NCBI RefSeq assembly: GCF_963921235.1
Contig: NC_086097.1
Span: forward strand, 1,426,001 to 1,490,000
DNA length: 64,000 nt
Reading direction: 5' to 3'
From: Mobula hypostoma
Lineage: Eukaryota
Made by a program: the position numbers and the translations under genes. The notes below the pieces were generated by a model. That model saw nothing but the letters and a program-made list of their open reading frames with translations, was not told the origin of the DNA and did no database searches. The first letter of the stretch is position 1. The number at the start of each line of letters is the position of its first letter. This document shows positions 37,830-47,728 of the stretch, piece by piece.

Positions 37830-38360
37830 CACACACCTGCCTGATGCCAGTGTGCACCCACCAATCCTGCACCTCACCATTGAGCACCCAATACACATCT
37901 CAGGATATGTGTACACATCCAGCCCCTGTAAAGTGCATGCTGATCACCGTGCATCACCTCTGAACTCCTGCACATGACCCCTGCATATGTCCTCCCCACA
38001 CACACACACGTGCATCTGTACACTCCCCACACCCATAGACCTATCCCCCCACATCTCCACACACACCTCCATCCCCACACCTGTACACCCACATACAAAT
38101 TGTACACCCCCACACAATTGTACACTACCACCTCTACACTATAAACCTCACCACTGTCTCCGTTCCTGCATTCCTGTACACTCAGGCGCACTTGAATAAC
38201 CCCACACGCACCTGTAGATCACCACTACCACCCACCTCCGCGTTCAACCTGCCACACACCTGTACACCACCGGCCATCCCCGCACACTCGTACACTGCCC
38301 CCCCCCCCCAGAGGCACACCTGTACATATCCGCCCACCCTTCACAGCTGTACAACCCCTC
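37830..38360. repeat. Low-complexity CA-rich region (GT-rich in gene sense) at the start of intron 1
   Basis: Recurrent TGTACAC and CACAC motifs. Confidence 0.7.
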
Positions 38361-38362
38361 AC

Positions 38363-38866
38363 CTGGTTGCCGAAGACGGCGATGGAGCAGGCGGTGGAGA
38401 CTTCGTGCGAACCGAACCAGACGGAGGCGATCCGGGACGGCATGCCGAGGATGAAGACCTGCGCGACCCCGCAGACGGCCTGACCCAGGAAGGTGACGGC
38501 GAAGAGGTCGGGCCGCACGCTGGCGATCTTGATCCAGGCGCCGCAGCAGTTGAGGCCGCAGCCACAGAGCGCGATCACCCGCAGCCCTTTCTTGTCGAGC
38601 AGCCAAGTGACGGGGAAGATAATGGGGATGTAAGTCACGAAGTAGATCATGGCGAGCCAGTCGATGGTGAAGGAGGTGACGCTGTAGTACTTCATGAAGA
38701 TGTTGTTGATGATGCCGTACTGAATCCATTGGAAGGCATTACACAGCGAGTAGCAGCTGAAAAGTCCGACGATCACCCAGCGCCGCCGGTACAGCCGCGT
38801 GGTCAGCTCCGGCTTCAGCCCGACCGGTGCCTCGGTGTCCACCCGCACGGCCTTTGGCTCCAGCAT
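38363..38866 (-). CDS. flvcr2: FLVCR2 (SLC49A2/MFSD7C) MFS choline/ethanolamine transporter, coding exon 1 (168 codons, N-terminal TM helices)
   Basis: Translation [34 protein letters not shown]...[34 protein letters not shown] matches FLVCR2 ([17 protein letters not shown]) better than FLVCR1. Kozak GCCGCCGCTATG; in-frame TGA 18 nt upstream; phase-0 donor CAG|GTGAGG with the intron starting at 38362. Confidence 0.93.
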
Positions 38867-38986
38867 AGCGGCGGCCGGACCTCAGATACGAGAGCCTCGG
38901 ACCCTCAAATACCCGGTACAGCCTCCCTCTCCGGACACCCACCCTGCACTTCCTGACGATCGGACCCGACTGGACACCGGCCCGGA

Positions 38987-39300
38987 CACTCACCCCGTAC
39001 CTCCCCTCTCTCCTGACTATCGGACCCGACTGGACACTCACCCCGTACCTCCCCTCTCTCCTGACTATCGGACCCGACTGGACACTCACCCCGTACCTCC
39101 CCTCTCTCCTGACTATCGGACCCGACTGGACACTCACCCCGTACCTCCCCTCTCTCCTGACTATCGGACCCGACTGGACACTCACCCTGTACCTCCCCTC
39201 TCTCCTGACGATCGGACCCCGGCCCCGACACTCACCCCTCCCTCTCCTGGCGATCGGACCCGACTAGACCCCGGCCCCGACACACCCCGCAACTTCCCTC
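38987..39300. repeat. 48-bp tandem repeat in the FLVCR2 5' leader (5 regular units plus degenerate units)
   Basis: Unit CACTCACCCCGTACCTCCCCTCTCTCCTGACTATCGGACCCGACTGGA starts at 38987, 39035, 39083, 39131 and 39179, with a variant at 39229. Confidence 0.95.
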
Positions 39301-39367
39301 TCTCCTGGCGATCGGACTGGACCCTGGCCCTAACTGAACCGCTGCCCGAAGCTCGGTCCTGACTGGA

Positions 39368-39433
39368 GTTCCGTTCCGTTCCGTCCCGTCTCGGATCGTC
39401 TCGGATCGGATCGGATCAGATCAGATCAGATCA
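39368..39433. repeat. Compound pentanucleotide microsatellite (GTTCC)n/(GGATC)n/(AGATC)n
   Basis: Read directly from the sequence. Confidence 0.85.
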
Positions 39434-39464
39434 CCACCTCCGGACTCGTGGCTCGAACCGCTTG

Positions 39465-39515
39465 GCTGCCCCGCCCACGCGCAGTTATAACCGCCTCGCG
39501 CCCCGCCCACGCGTG
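39465..39515 (-). promoter_or_regulatory. Putative core promoter: TTATAA flanked by GC boxes
   Basis: TTATAA at 39485-39490; CCCCGCCC (Sp1/KLF type) at about 39469 and 39501; no minus-strand ATG between here and the CDS start. Confidence 0.5.
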
Positions 39516-39564
39516 TCTCCGCCTCCACGTTGAGAGGGTTCGTGTCAGACGCGTCCCGCGTGTG

Positions 39565-39685
39565 CGCCATGTTGAGCGGGTCAGTGCCGTAGAGTCACGC
39601 CATGTTGAGAGGGTCAGTGCCGGAGTGCCACGCCATGTTGAGGGGGTCAGAGCCGGAGTGCCACGCCATGTTGGGAAGGGCAGGT
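39565..39685. repeat. 33-bp tandem repeat upstream of FLVCR2, each unit starting CGCCATGTTG
   Basis: Units at 39565, 39598, 39631 and 39664. Confidence 0.9.
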
Positions 39686-40115
39686 GTGGCGACGATAGGT
39701 GTGAGGTATTTGAAGCTTTTCGCTGCAGTGCCGCTCTCGTAAGGTCAGAATTCCTTTCCTCCACAAACCCTCCCCTTCAACGACCCATTTCAAAACCATT
39801 CCTCCCTGTACAGTACTCTCCCCCTTCCCACCTCTCTGAGCCACTCCGATTCTCTCCCGTTCCAAAATACTGTGCCATCCTCATCTTCTCCAGTTGCTTC
39901 TACATACCCATTCATCCCATCACGCTCCAGACATCCCACCCTGCAAAAACTCATTTCAGGCAGGTAGCACCTCTGTAGAAAATGTGACATTAAAATATGT
40001 ACTTATATTATTATGTTTATTCTATTACAAGTTTAAGCAAGTTTACAGGGAGTTTGGCCTCATCATGTAGGACATCAATAGCGTAGCTTCTTGGCAGCCA
40101 GCCAGCTAGTTTAGA

Positions 40116-41301
40116 TCGACGTCCCCAACCATTTTAGCACCACGGACGGGTTTAATATTGACAATATTATTGCGGACCGGCCGACCGGGGAGGGGGGTTG
40201 ATAATCATGACCTGAATATAGGTGATTAGTCAACTATAAGTCACTTGTAAGTGGCTAATACACTCAATTTCGTTTCTAAAGGGGTTTATCTAACGAATTT
40301 AATATTAAACACACAGCGCATGTTTTCCTCGCATGAATGCAGTGATAAGTCAATTATGACAGTGGTCCCAAACCTCCAAGCCGCGAAGAATGCAGCGGTA
40401 CAGCGGTAACCAGAACGCACCCAGCACATCTTTAAGAAAAAAGCCGAAATAAACAAGCTAATTGATTGGGTGCTGCCCGGCATGTAAATGTCGGCCCAGA
40501 TCAGAGACGATGCAATGTGCAATCGCCTCTGATCTGGGCCGACATTTACGTGCCGTGCGGCACCTAATCAATTAGCTTGTTTATTTTGGCTTTTTTCTTA
40601 AAGATGTGCTGGGTGCGTTCCAGCCACCGCTGTATTCTTCGCGGCCCGGAGGTTGGGGACAACTGAATTATAAGTCACTTATAAGTCAATAGCATCATAA
40701 CATTTGAAGTAACGTTTGGATATTAAACACACAGCGCATATTTTCCTCGTATGAACATATAAAATCTTTGCAACACACCAATATCGCTGAATCAGTGGGA
40801 GCCCTGGGCTTGTTTTCCTGCAACAACATGGTCCTATCGAGGGGTGATGGGAGACAGCGATACTTGAAGGGGATTCCTTATGTCCAGTCTATTCTGCAAT
40901 TTAGTTTTTGATGCATTCATTGCAGAAAACTCCGCTTCGCAGAAATATGTTGGAAATGGAAGCAACGTTTTCAGTGCTTTCGTGGCTATCTCAGGATATT
41001 CAGCCTTGACTTTGATCCAGAATGCCGGCAGAGATGTTATGTCAAACATACTTTTCAGCCTGCCGTCATTTGCAAGCTCGAGGAGTTGATCTTTTTCCCG
41101 CGCTGACATGGATGATTCACCGGGGACATTCACAAATGGGTCACGGACCCATTCCTTTGCACGTCTTGGATGACTGATGACCTCGTGTGCGTTAAAATTC
41201 AACAGTGCTTGACAGGGAATGAGGAAAGGTGCAGCTGACTCATATCGTTTCATATCACCAAATCATATTGTTTCCTCACGGCCCGGTGGTTGGGAACCAC
41301 T
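40116..41301 (-). mobile_element. hAT-Charlie/Buster-type deletion derivative with transposase C-terminus
   Basis: Ends GTCCCCAACC...GGTTGGGAACCACT; ORF 40834..41253 reads WVRDPF..SLPAFWIKVKAEYPEIATKALKTLLPFPTYFCEAEFSAM..KTKLQNRLD (hAT dimerisation region). Confidence 0.88.
40360..40665. mobile_element. Palindromic hAT MITE (306 bp)
   Basis: Near-complete fold-back CAGTGGTCCC...GGGGACAACTG; 8-bp TSD AATTATGA/AATTATAA. Confidence 0.92.
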
Positions 41302-41524
41302 CTTAGCATGAAGAGAGACCAATCAGGATGCTCGCTCTCGCTCTCGCTCTCCCTCTCCCGCTCAAAAAAATTGATTTCTGGGATATTGTATATAATCTCC
41401 GGGCGTCGGGAGCTGCTATCAATATGCGGGAGACTCCCGGAACTTCCGGGAGAGGTGGGATGTCTGACGTTCTACCTCCCGCTTCCCCATGCCCCTCCTC
41501 CATCAAACTCTTCCCCGTCTCACC

Positions 41525-42215
41525 TTCAAGATTCAAGATTGTTTAATGTCATTTCCAGTACACAAATGTAACGAGAACAGAATAATTGTTACTCCAGACC
41601 CAATGCAGTACAGAAAACACAGAAGATAAATAATGCAATAATAATAAACACACAATAAATATAAATGCATACGATATCTATGTACATAGGTTGATTGTAT
41701 GTCCAGAAAGTACATGTCATTAAGATTAGATAAGATTCAACTTCATTGTCATTGTGCCGAGTACAGATACAAAGCCAATGAAATGCATTTAGCATCTAAC
41801 CAGAAATACAAAGTATACTGTTATTTACAAAATAACTATGAATAAAACAAGTGCTACAGCACACAAATATAAAAGTACTGAGATAGTACAATATGGGTGC
41901 AATACTGCTTAGTGCTGTGATGTGAGGTTCAGCAGGGTCACAGCCTCAGGGAAGAAGCTCTTCCTGAGCCTGCTGGTGAGGGAGTGGAGGCTCCTGTAGC
42001 ACCTACCGGATAGGAGGAGAGTAAAAAGTCCATGGTTCGGGTGAGATGCATCCCTGATAATGCTTTTCGCCCTGCCTAGGCAGCATTTATGGTAGATGTT
42101 CTCAATGGTGGGCAGTTGGGTGCCGATAATCCGCTGGGCAGTTTTCACCGCACGCTGGAGTGCTTTGCAGTCCGATACAGGACAATTGCCATACTACACT
42201 GAGATGCAGTTGGTG
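41525..42215 (-). mobile_element. Two Rex1/Babar 3' fragments
   Basis: KTAQRIIGTQLPTIENIY..HPNHGLFTLLLSGR..SFFPEAVTLLN; (TTCAAGA) and (TAAGA) tails. Confidence 0.8.
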
Positions 42216-43825
42216 GAATATGAAAGATGGAATATGAAAGTAAGCTTGCCAATAATATTAAAGAGTATACCAAAAGTTTCTTCAGATACATAAAGTGTAA
42301 AAGAGAGGCGAGAGTGGATATTGGACTGCTGGAACATGATGCTGGAGTGGTAGTAATGGAGGACAACAAAAAAGCAGATGAGCTAAATAAATATTTTGCA
42401 TCAGTCTTTACCGTGGAAGACACAACCAGTATAGTGGAAGTTCCAGGGGGCGGGGGGGGGGAATCACTAAGTGTATGAAGTTACCATTACTAGGGAGAAG
42501 GTTCTTGGGAAGCTGGAAGGTCTGAAGGTAGATAACTCACCTAGACCAGATGGTGTACACCCCAGAGTTCTGAAAGAAATGGCTGAAGAGATTGTGGAGG
42601 CATTAGTAGCCACTAGACTCTGGAATGCTTCCAGAAGTCTGCAAAATTGCAAATGTCTCTGCACTCTTCAAGAAGGGAAAGAGGCAGAAGAAAGGAAACC
42701 ATTGGCCAGTTAATGGGAAAATGTTCGAATCAATTATTAAGGACGAGATTTCAGGGTTCTAGGAGCCGTATGATATAAATAGGCTATAGCTCATTAGATG
42801 AAGTGTCTCAGCCCAAAACATTGACTGTACTTTTTTCCATAGATGCTACCTGGCCTGTTGCATTCCTCCAGCATTTTATGTGTGTTGCCAGTGACTAGTG
42901 GTGTTCCACAGGGGTCTGTGTAGGGACCAATTCTTTTTACGTTATATGTCAATGAGTTAGAAGATGGAATTGATGGTTTTGTTGAAAAGTTTGCAGATAG
43001 GTAGAGGGGCAGGTAGTTTTGTGGAAGTAGAGAGGCTACAGAAGGACTTAGTCAGATTAGGAGAATGGGCAAAAAAATGGCAGATGGAATACAGTTTTGG
43101 GAAGTGTATAGCCATGGACTTTGGTAGAAATGAAAAGATTGACTATTTTGTAAATGGAGAAAAAATACAAAAAACTGGGACACAAAGGGACTTGGGAGTC
43201 CTTGTGCAGGAATCCCTAAAGGTTAATTTGCAGGTTGAGTCTGTGGTGAGGAAGGCAAATGCAATGTTAACATTCATTTCAAGAGGAATAGAATATTAAA
43301 AAAAAATGTGCTGAAACTGGAGAGGGTTCAAAGGAGGTTCGTGAAAATGATTCCAGGATTGGATGGCTTGTCATATGAAGAGCCTTTGATGTCTTTGGGC
43401 CTGTATTCACTAAAATTCAGAAGAATGAGGGGTAACCTCATTGAAACCTACTGAATGGTGAAAGGGCTTGATAGGGTGGGTAGTGAATGTGGAGAGGATG
43501 TTTCCAATGGTGGGAGAGTCTAAGGCCAGAGGACACATTCTCAGAATAGAGGGGCATCCTTTTAGAATGGAGATGAGGAGGAATTTCCTTAGCCAGAGAG
43601 TGGTGAATTTGTAGAATTCTTTGCCACAGGCAGCTGTGGAGGCCAAATGTTTATGTACATTTAAGGCAGAGGTTGATAGATTCTTGATTGGTCGGACATG
43701 AAGGGACACGAGAAGAAGGTAGGAGATTGAGGCTGAGAGGAAAATTAGATCAGCCATGATGAAATGTTGGAGCAGACTCAATGGGCCAAATGGCTTATTT
43801 CTGCTCCTACATCTTATCGTCCTAA
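42215..43825 (+). mobile_element. Decayed CR1 with a short Penelope pLTR piece at ~42790-42888
   Basis: KLANNIKE..FFRYIK, EWAKKWQMEY, and a CR1 3' tail. Confidence 0.8.
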
Positions 43826-43999
43826 AAGGTGACTGACGGGAAATAATATAGTCAGTGGGGAAAGCAAATAGTTTTGAGTCTGATTGTCCTGAGTTCGATG
43901 CTATTTATTCCCCTCCCTGATAAGAGAGTGACAAACAGTCCATGAGCAGGGTGGGTGGGATCCTTCATGATACTACTGACCCTTGACACTCTGACACAA

Positions 44000-44370
44000 C
44001 AACCAGCCAGCCACGCCACAAATCTCAACAATCACACACCCACCAAGCCCCTCTTCTACCCCAACACCCTCTTTGCTGCAATATTAACTCCTTCCATCCT
44101 TACCCTCCACACACCTCCAACACTTCTTTCTCTCCCCCTCTTCACTGCTCCTTCAGCAGCATCCCCACTCCTACACCCATGTCTCTCTCTTCTCAGCCTT
44201 ACTCTCCCCTTGCTCCTTCCCACCACTTCTCTCTCCGTCGATCTTCCCTTCCTTCCTCTATCCCCTTTGCCCTTGCTTACATCATCTGTACCCCCTCTCT
44301 CACTACCTTTTCCCTCCTACTCTGCCCTCCGATACCCCTCTGTCTTTGCCTTTTCTTTCTCCTTATACGT
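44000..44370. repeat. Pyrimidine-rich low-complexity tract
   Basis: C/T-rich composition read directly. Confidence 0.75.
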
Positions 44371-44714
44371 TCCTCGGAAGTCATGGAGTACTACTGCACA
44401 GAAACAGGCAATATGGCCCATCCAGTCCAAAATGTTATTCTGTCCAGACATATCTGACCATAGCCCTCCATACCTCTGCAATCCATGTACATATGCAAAC
44501 TTCTCTTAAATGTTGCATTTGAACCCATATCACCACTTGCGCTGGCAGCTCATTCCACACTCTCACTACCCTTAGTGAAGAACCACCCTCTCAGGTTCCC
44601 CTTAAATATTTCACTTTTCGCTCTTAACCTATGACTTCTTGTTCTGTTCTCACCCAACCTGGGAGGAAGAAGCCTGCTTGTATTTACCCCATCTATACTC
44701 CGCGTAATTCTGTA

Positions 44715-45090
44715 TCATTACCATCATCGTTATGTACTTACTGTATTGTATGATGTAGGCAATCATGGTCTCATGACCATGATTGTTCTTGGCAAATCCT
44801 TCCACAAAAGTGGTTTGCCATTGCCTTCTTCTGGACAGTGTCTTTGCAAGACAGGTGACCCCAACTATTATCAATACCCTTCAGAGATTGTCTGCCTGGT
44901 GTTAGTGGTCACATAACCAGGACTTGTGAATTGCACAAGTTGCTCATACAACCGTCCACTACCTACTGCCATGGCTTCCAATGACCCTGATCGGGGGCTA
45001 AGGAGGGTTGCACCTTGTCCAAGGGTGACCCGCAGGCTTGCGGAGGGAAGGAGCGCAATACGCCTCCTTTGGTAGAAACGTATCTCCACC
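44715..45090 (-). mobile_element. RTE-related short non-autonomous element inside a minus-strand CR1 3' end (44380-45200)
   Basis: Minus strand has GAAGGCAATGGCAAACCAC (BovB/RTE-type motif) and a (GAT)n-like tail. Confidence 0.65.
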
Positions 45091-45644
45091 TAATTCTGTC
45101 AAATCTCTGCTCATTCTCCTACACTTCAGGGATTAAAGTCAATCAATTCAACCTCTGCCTACTACTCAGGTCCTCAAGTCCCAGTGACAGCCTTGTAAAT
45201 TTCAAAACTAGTGCTCAGCTTGCTTCCTCTAGCGAGAGTTGTTGTCAGGGAGCAGACTTACTTTCTGAGCCACTAAGTTGGAGGCTTTGCTGGTGTCTGA
45301 AGCAGACTGCTCATGGTCAGCTGATGGCTCCAGCACTGAGAGGCAGTGGCCTTATGTCAACCTACTTACTGTCACTCTCCCCCACTTCTGACCTTACAGC
45401 ATCGGTGAAGCAGGTGAGATGATTGGGCCCAGGACTCTGGTGTGAGAAGCTCCTGGAGTGATGTTCTTTCACACCCAGCTCCTTGTTTAGAGAATAGTTC
45501 CAGCCACCACAGAGTTTTGTCTCTGACGTGTGGTTTCCCTGGACAACCTGATGCCACACCCAAATACTGCCTTGATGTTAGAGGCAATCACTGTGTCCTC
45601 AGCTGATCCTGGCAAAACTCAAGAAGGTTAGCAGTCAACAGGTT

Positions 45645-46712
45645 AAGAAGACAAAGGAGCAGAATTAAGCCATTCAGCCCATCAAGTCTGCTCCACCATT
45701 CCATCATGGCTGATCCCAGATCCCACTTAACGCCATACACCTACCTTCTCATCATAACCTTTGATGCCCTGACCAATCATGAAACTAGCAATTTTTGCTT
45801 TAAATATACCTACGGCCCTGGCCTCCACTGCAGTCTGTGGCAGAACATTCCACAGGTTCACCACTCTCTGGCTAAAATAAAAAATCCTCCTTACCTCTGT
45901 TCGAAAGGGTCACCCCTCAATATTGAATCTGTGCCCTCGAGTTCTGGACACCCCCACCAGAGGAAGCATCCTCTCCAATTCCACCTTATCTAGTCCTTTC
46001 AATATTCAGTAGGTTTCAATGAGATCCCCCTGCGTTCTTCTAAATTGCAGTGAGTAAAAGTCCAAAGCTGCCAAACACTCCTATGTTAACCCTTTCATTT
46101 CTGGAATCATCCTCGTGACCTCCTCTGGATACTCTCCAATAACAACACACCCTATGGCGTCCAAAACTGTTTACAATGCTCCAAGTGCAGCCTGACTAGT
46201 GTCTTATAAGGGCTCAGTATTATCTCCTTCCTTTTATATTCTAGTCCTCTTGAAATGAAACATTACTAACATTGTATTTGCCTTCCTCACCACAGACTCA
46301 ACTTACAAACTAACCTCAGGTCTTTTTGCACCTCAGATTTTTGTATTTTCTCTCCATTTAGAATATAGTCAATTCTTTCATTTCTTCTTCCAAAGTGAAT
46401 GACCATACACTTCCCAACATTGTATTCCATCTGCCATTTCTTTGCCCATTCTCCTAAGTCCTTCTGTAACCTCTCTTCTTCCTCAAAACTAGCTGCTTCA
46501 ACACCTATCTTCATGTTGTCTGCAAGCTTTGCAACAGAACCATCAATTCCATCATCCAAATCATTGACATATAACGTAAAAAGAGTCGGCCCCAATACAG
46601 ACCCCTGTGAAACACCACTACTCACCAGCAGCCAACCAGAAAAGGCTCCCTTTATTTCCACTCTTTGCCTCCTGCCAATCAGCCAATACTTTATCCATGC
46701 TAGGATCTTTTC
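45645..46712 (-). mobile_element. CR1 3' half
   Basis: SGVSQGSVLGPTLFTLYVNDLD..EWAKKWQMEYNVGKC. Confidence 0.88.
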
Positions 46713-47728
46713 TGTGCGGATTGGTGATAACATATCCTCCTTGCTGACGATCAACACTGGTGCACCTCAGGAGTGTGTGCTTAGCCCACTGCTCTACTCT
46801 GTATACACTTGACTGTATGGCCAGGCATAACTCAAATACCATCTATAAACTTGCTGATGATACAACCATTGTTGGTAGAATCTCAGGTGGTGACGAGAGG
46901 GCGTACAGGAGTGAGATATGCCAACTAGTGGACTTGTGCCACAGCAACAACCTGGCACTCAACGTCAGTAAGATGGAAGAGCTGATTGTGGACTTCAGGA
47001 AGGGAAAGACGAAGGAACACATACCAATCCTCATAGAGGGATCAGAAGTGGAGAGAGTGAGCAGTTTCAAGTTCCTGGACATCAAGATCTCTGAGGATCT
47101 AACTTGGTCCCAACATATTGATGTAGTTATAAAAAAGGCAAGACAGCGGCTAGACTTTATTAGGAGTTCAAAGAGATTTGGCATGTCAACAAATACACTC
47201 AAAAACTTCTATAGTTGTACCGTGGAGAGCATTCTGACAGGCTGCATCACTGTCTGGTATGGAGAGGCTACTGCACAGGACCAAAAGAAACTGCAGAAGG
47301 TTGTAAATCTAGTCAGCTCCATCTTGAGTACTAGTCTACAAAGTACCCAGGACATCTTCAGGTAGTGATGTCTCAGAAAGGCAGCGTCCATTATTAATGA
47401 CCTCCAGCACCCAGGGCATGCCCCTTTCTCACTGATACCATCAGGTAGGAGATACAGAAGCCTGAAGACACACACTGAGTGATCCAGGAACAGCTTCTTC
47501 CCCTCTGCCATCCGATTCCTAAGTGGACATTGAATCCTTGGACACTACCTCACTTTTTAAAAAATATACTGTATTTTTGTTTTTGCACGTTTTTAAAAAT
47601 CTATTCAATATATGTATACTGTATCCTTTTTTTTCTCTGCTAGATTATGTATTGCATTGAACTGCTGCTGCTAAGTTAACAAATTTCACGCCACATGCCG
47701 GTGATAATAAACTTGATTCTAATTCTGA
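46713..47728 (+). mobile_element. Rex1/Babar 3' part
   Basis: NTGAPQECVLSPLLYS, LADDTTIVGRISG, VESILTGCITVWYG; AATAAACTTGATTCT tail. Confidence 0.9.

Larger units (their letters stand above)
38363..39720. promoter_or_regulatory. CpG island over the FLVCR2 promoter, 5' leader and exon 1
   Basis: Dense CpG and high GC content, against CpG-depleted TE flanks. Confidence 0.85.
39928..41466. mobile_element. Non-autonomous DNA transposon with 13-bp TIRs CAGACATCCCACC
   Basis: Left TIR at 39928; right TIR GGTGGGATGTCTG ends at 41466; flanked by ACGCTC/ACGTTC (imperfect 6-bp TSD). Confidence 0.75.

Noticed and set aside
38225..38362. C-terminal extension [10 protein letters not shown]... of the FLVCR2 ORF
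   Set aside because: Read-through into intron 1 beyond the CAG|GTGAGG donor.
38192..38956. 254-aa plus-strand ORF and alternative-frame ORFs over exon 1
   Set aside because: Shadow ORFs of a GC3-rich coding exon with no recognisable protein.
38799..39362. Plus-strand ORF with THPVPPLSPDYRTRLD repeats, recalling the FLVCR2 His-Pro domain
   Set aside because: It is antisense to FLVCR2, and a stop-free frame is expected from a 48-bp repeat; likely coincidence.
43955..44509. Pro/Leu/Ser-rich 184-aa ORF
   Set aside because: Product of a C/T low-complexity tract.
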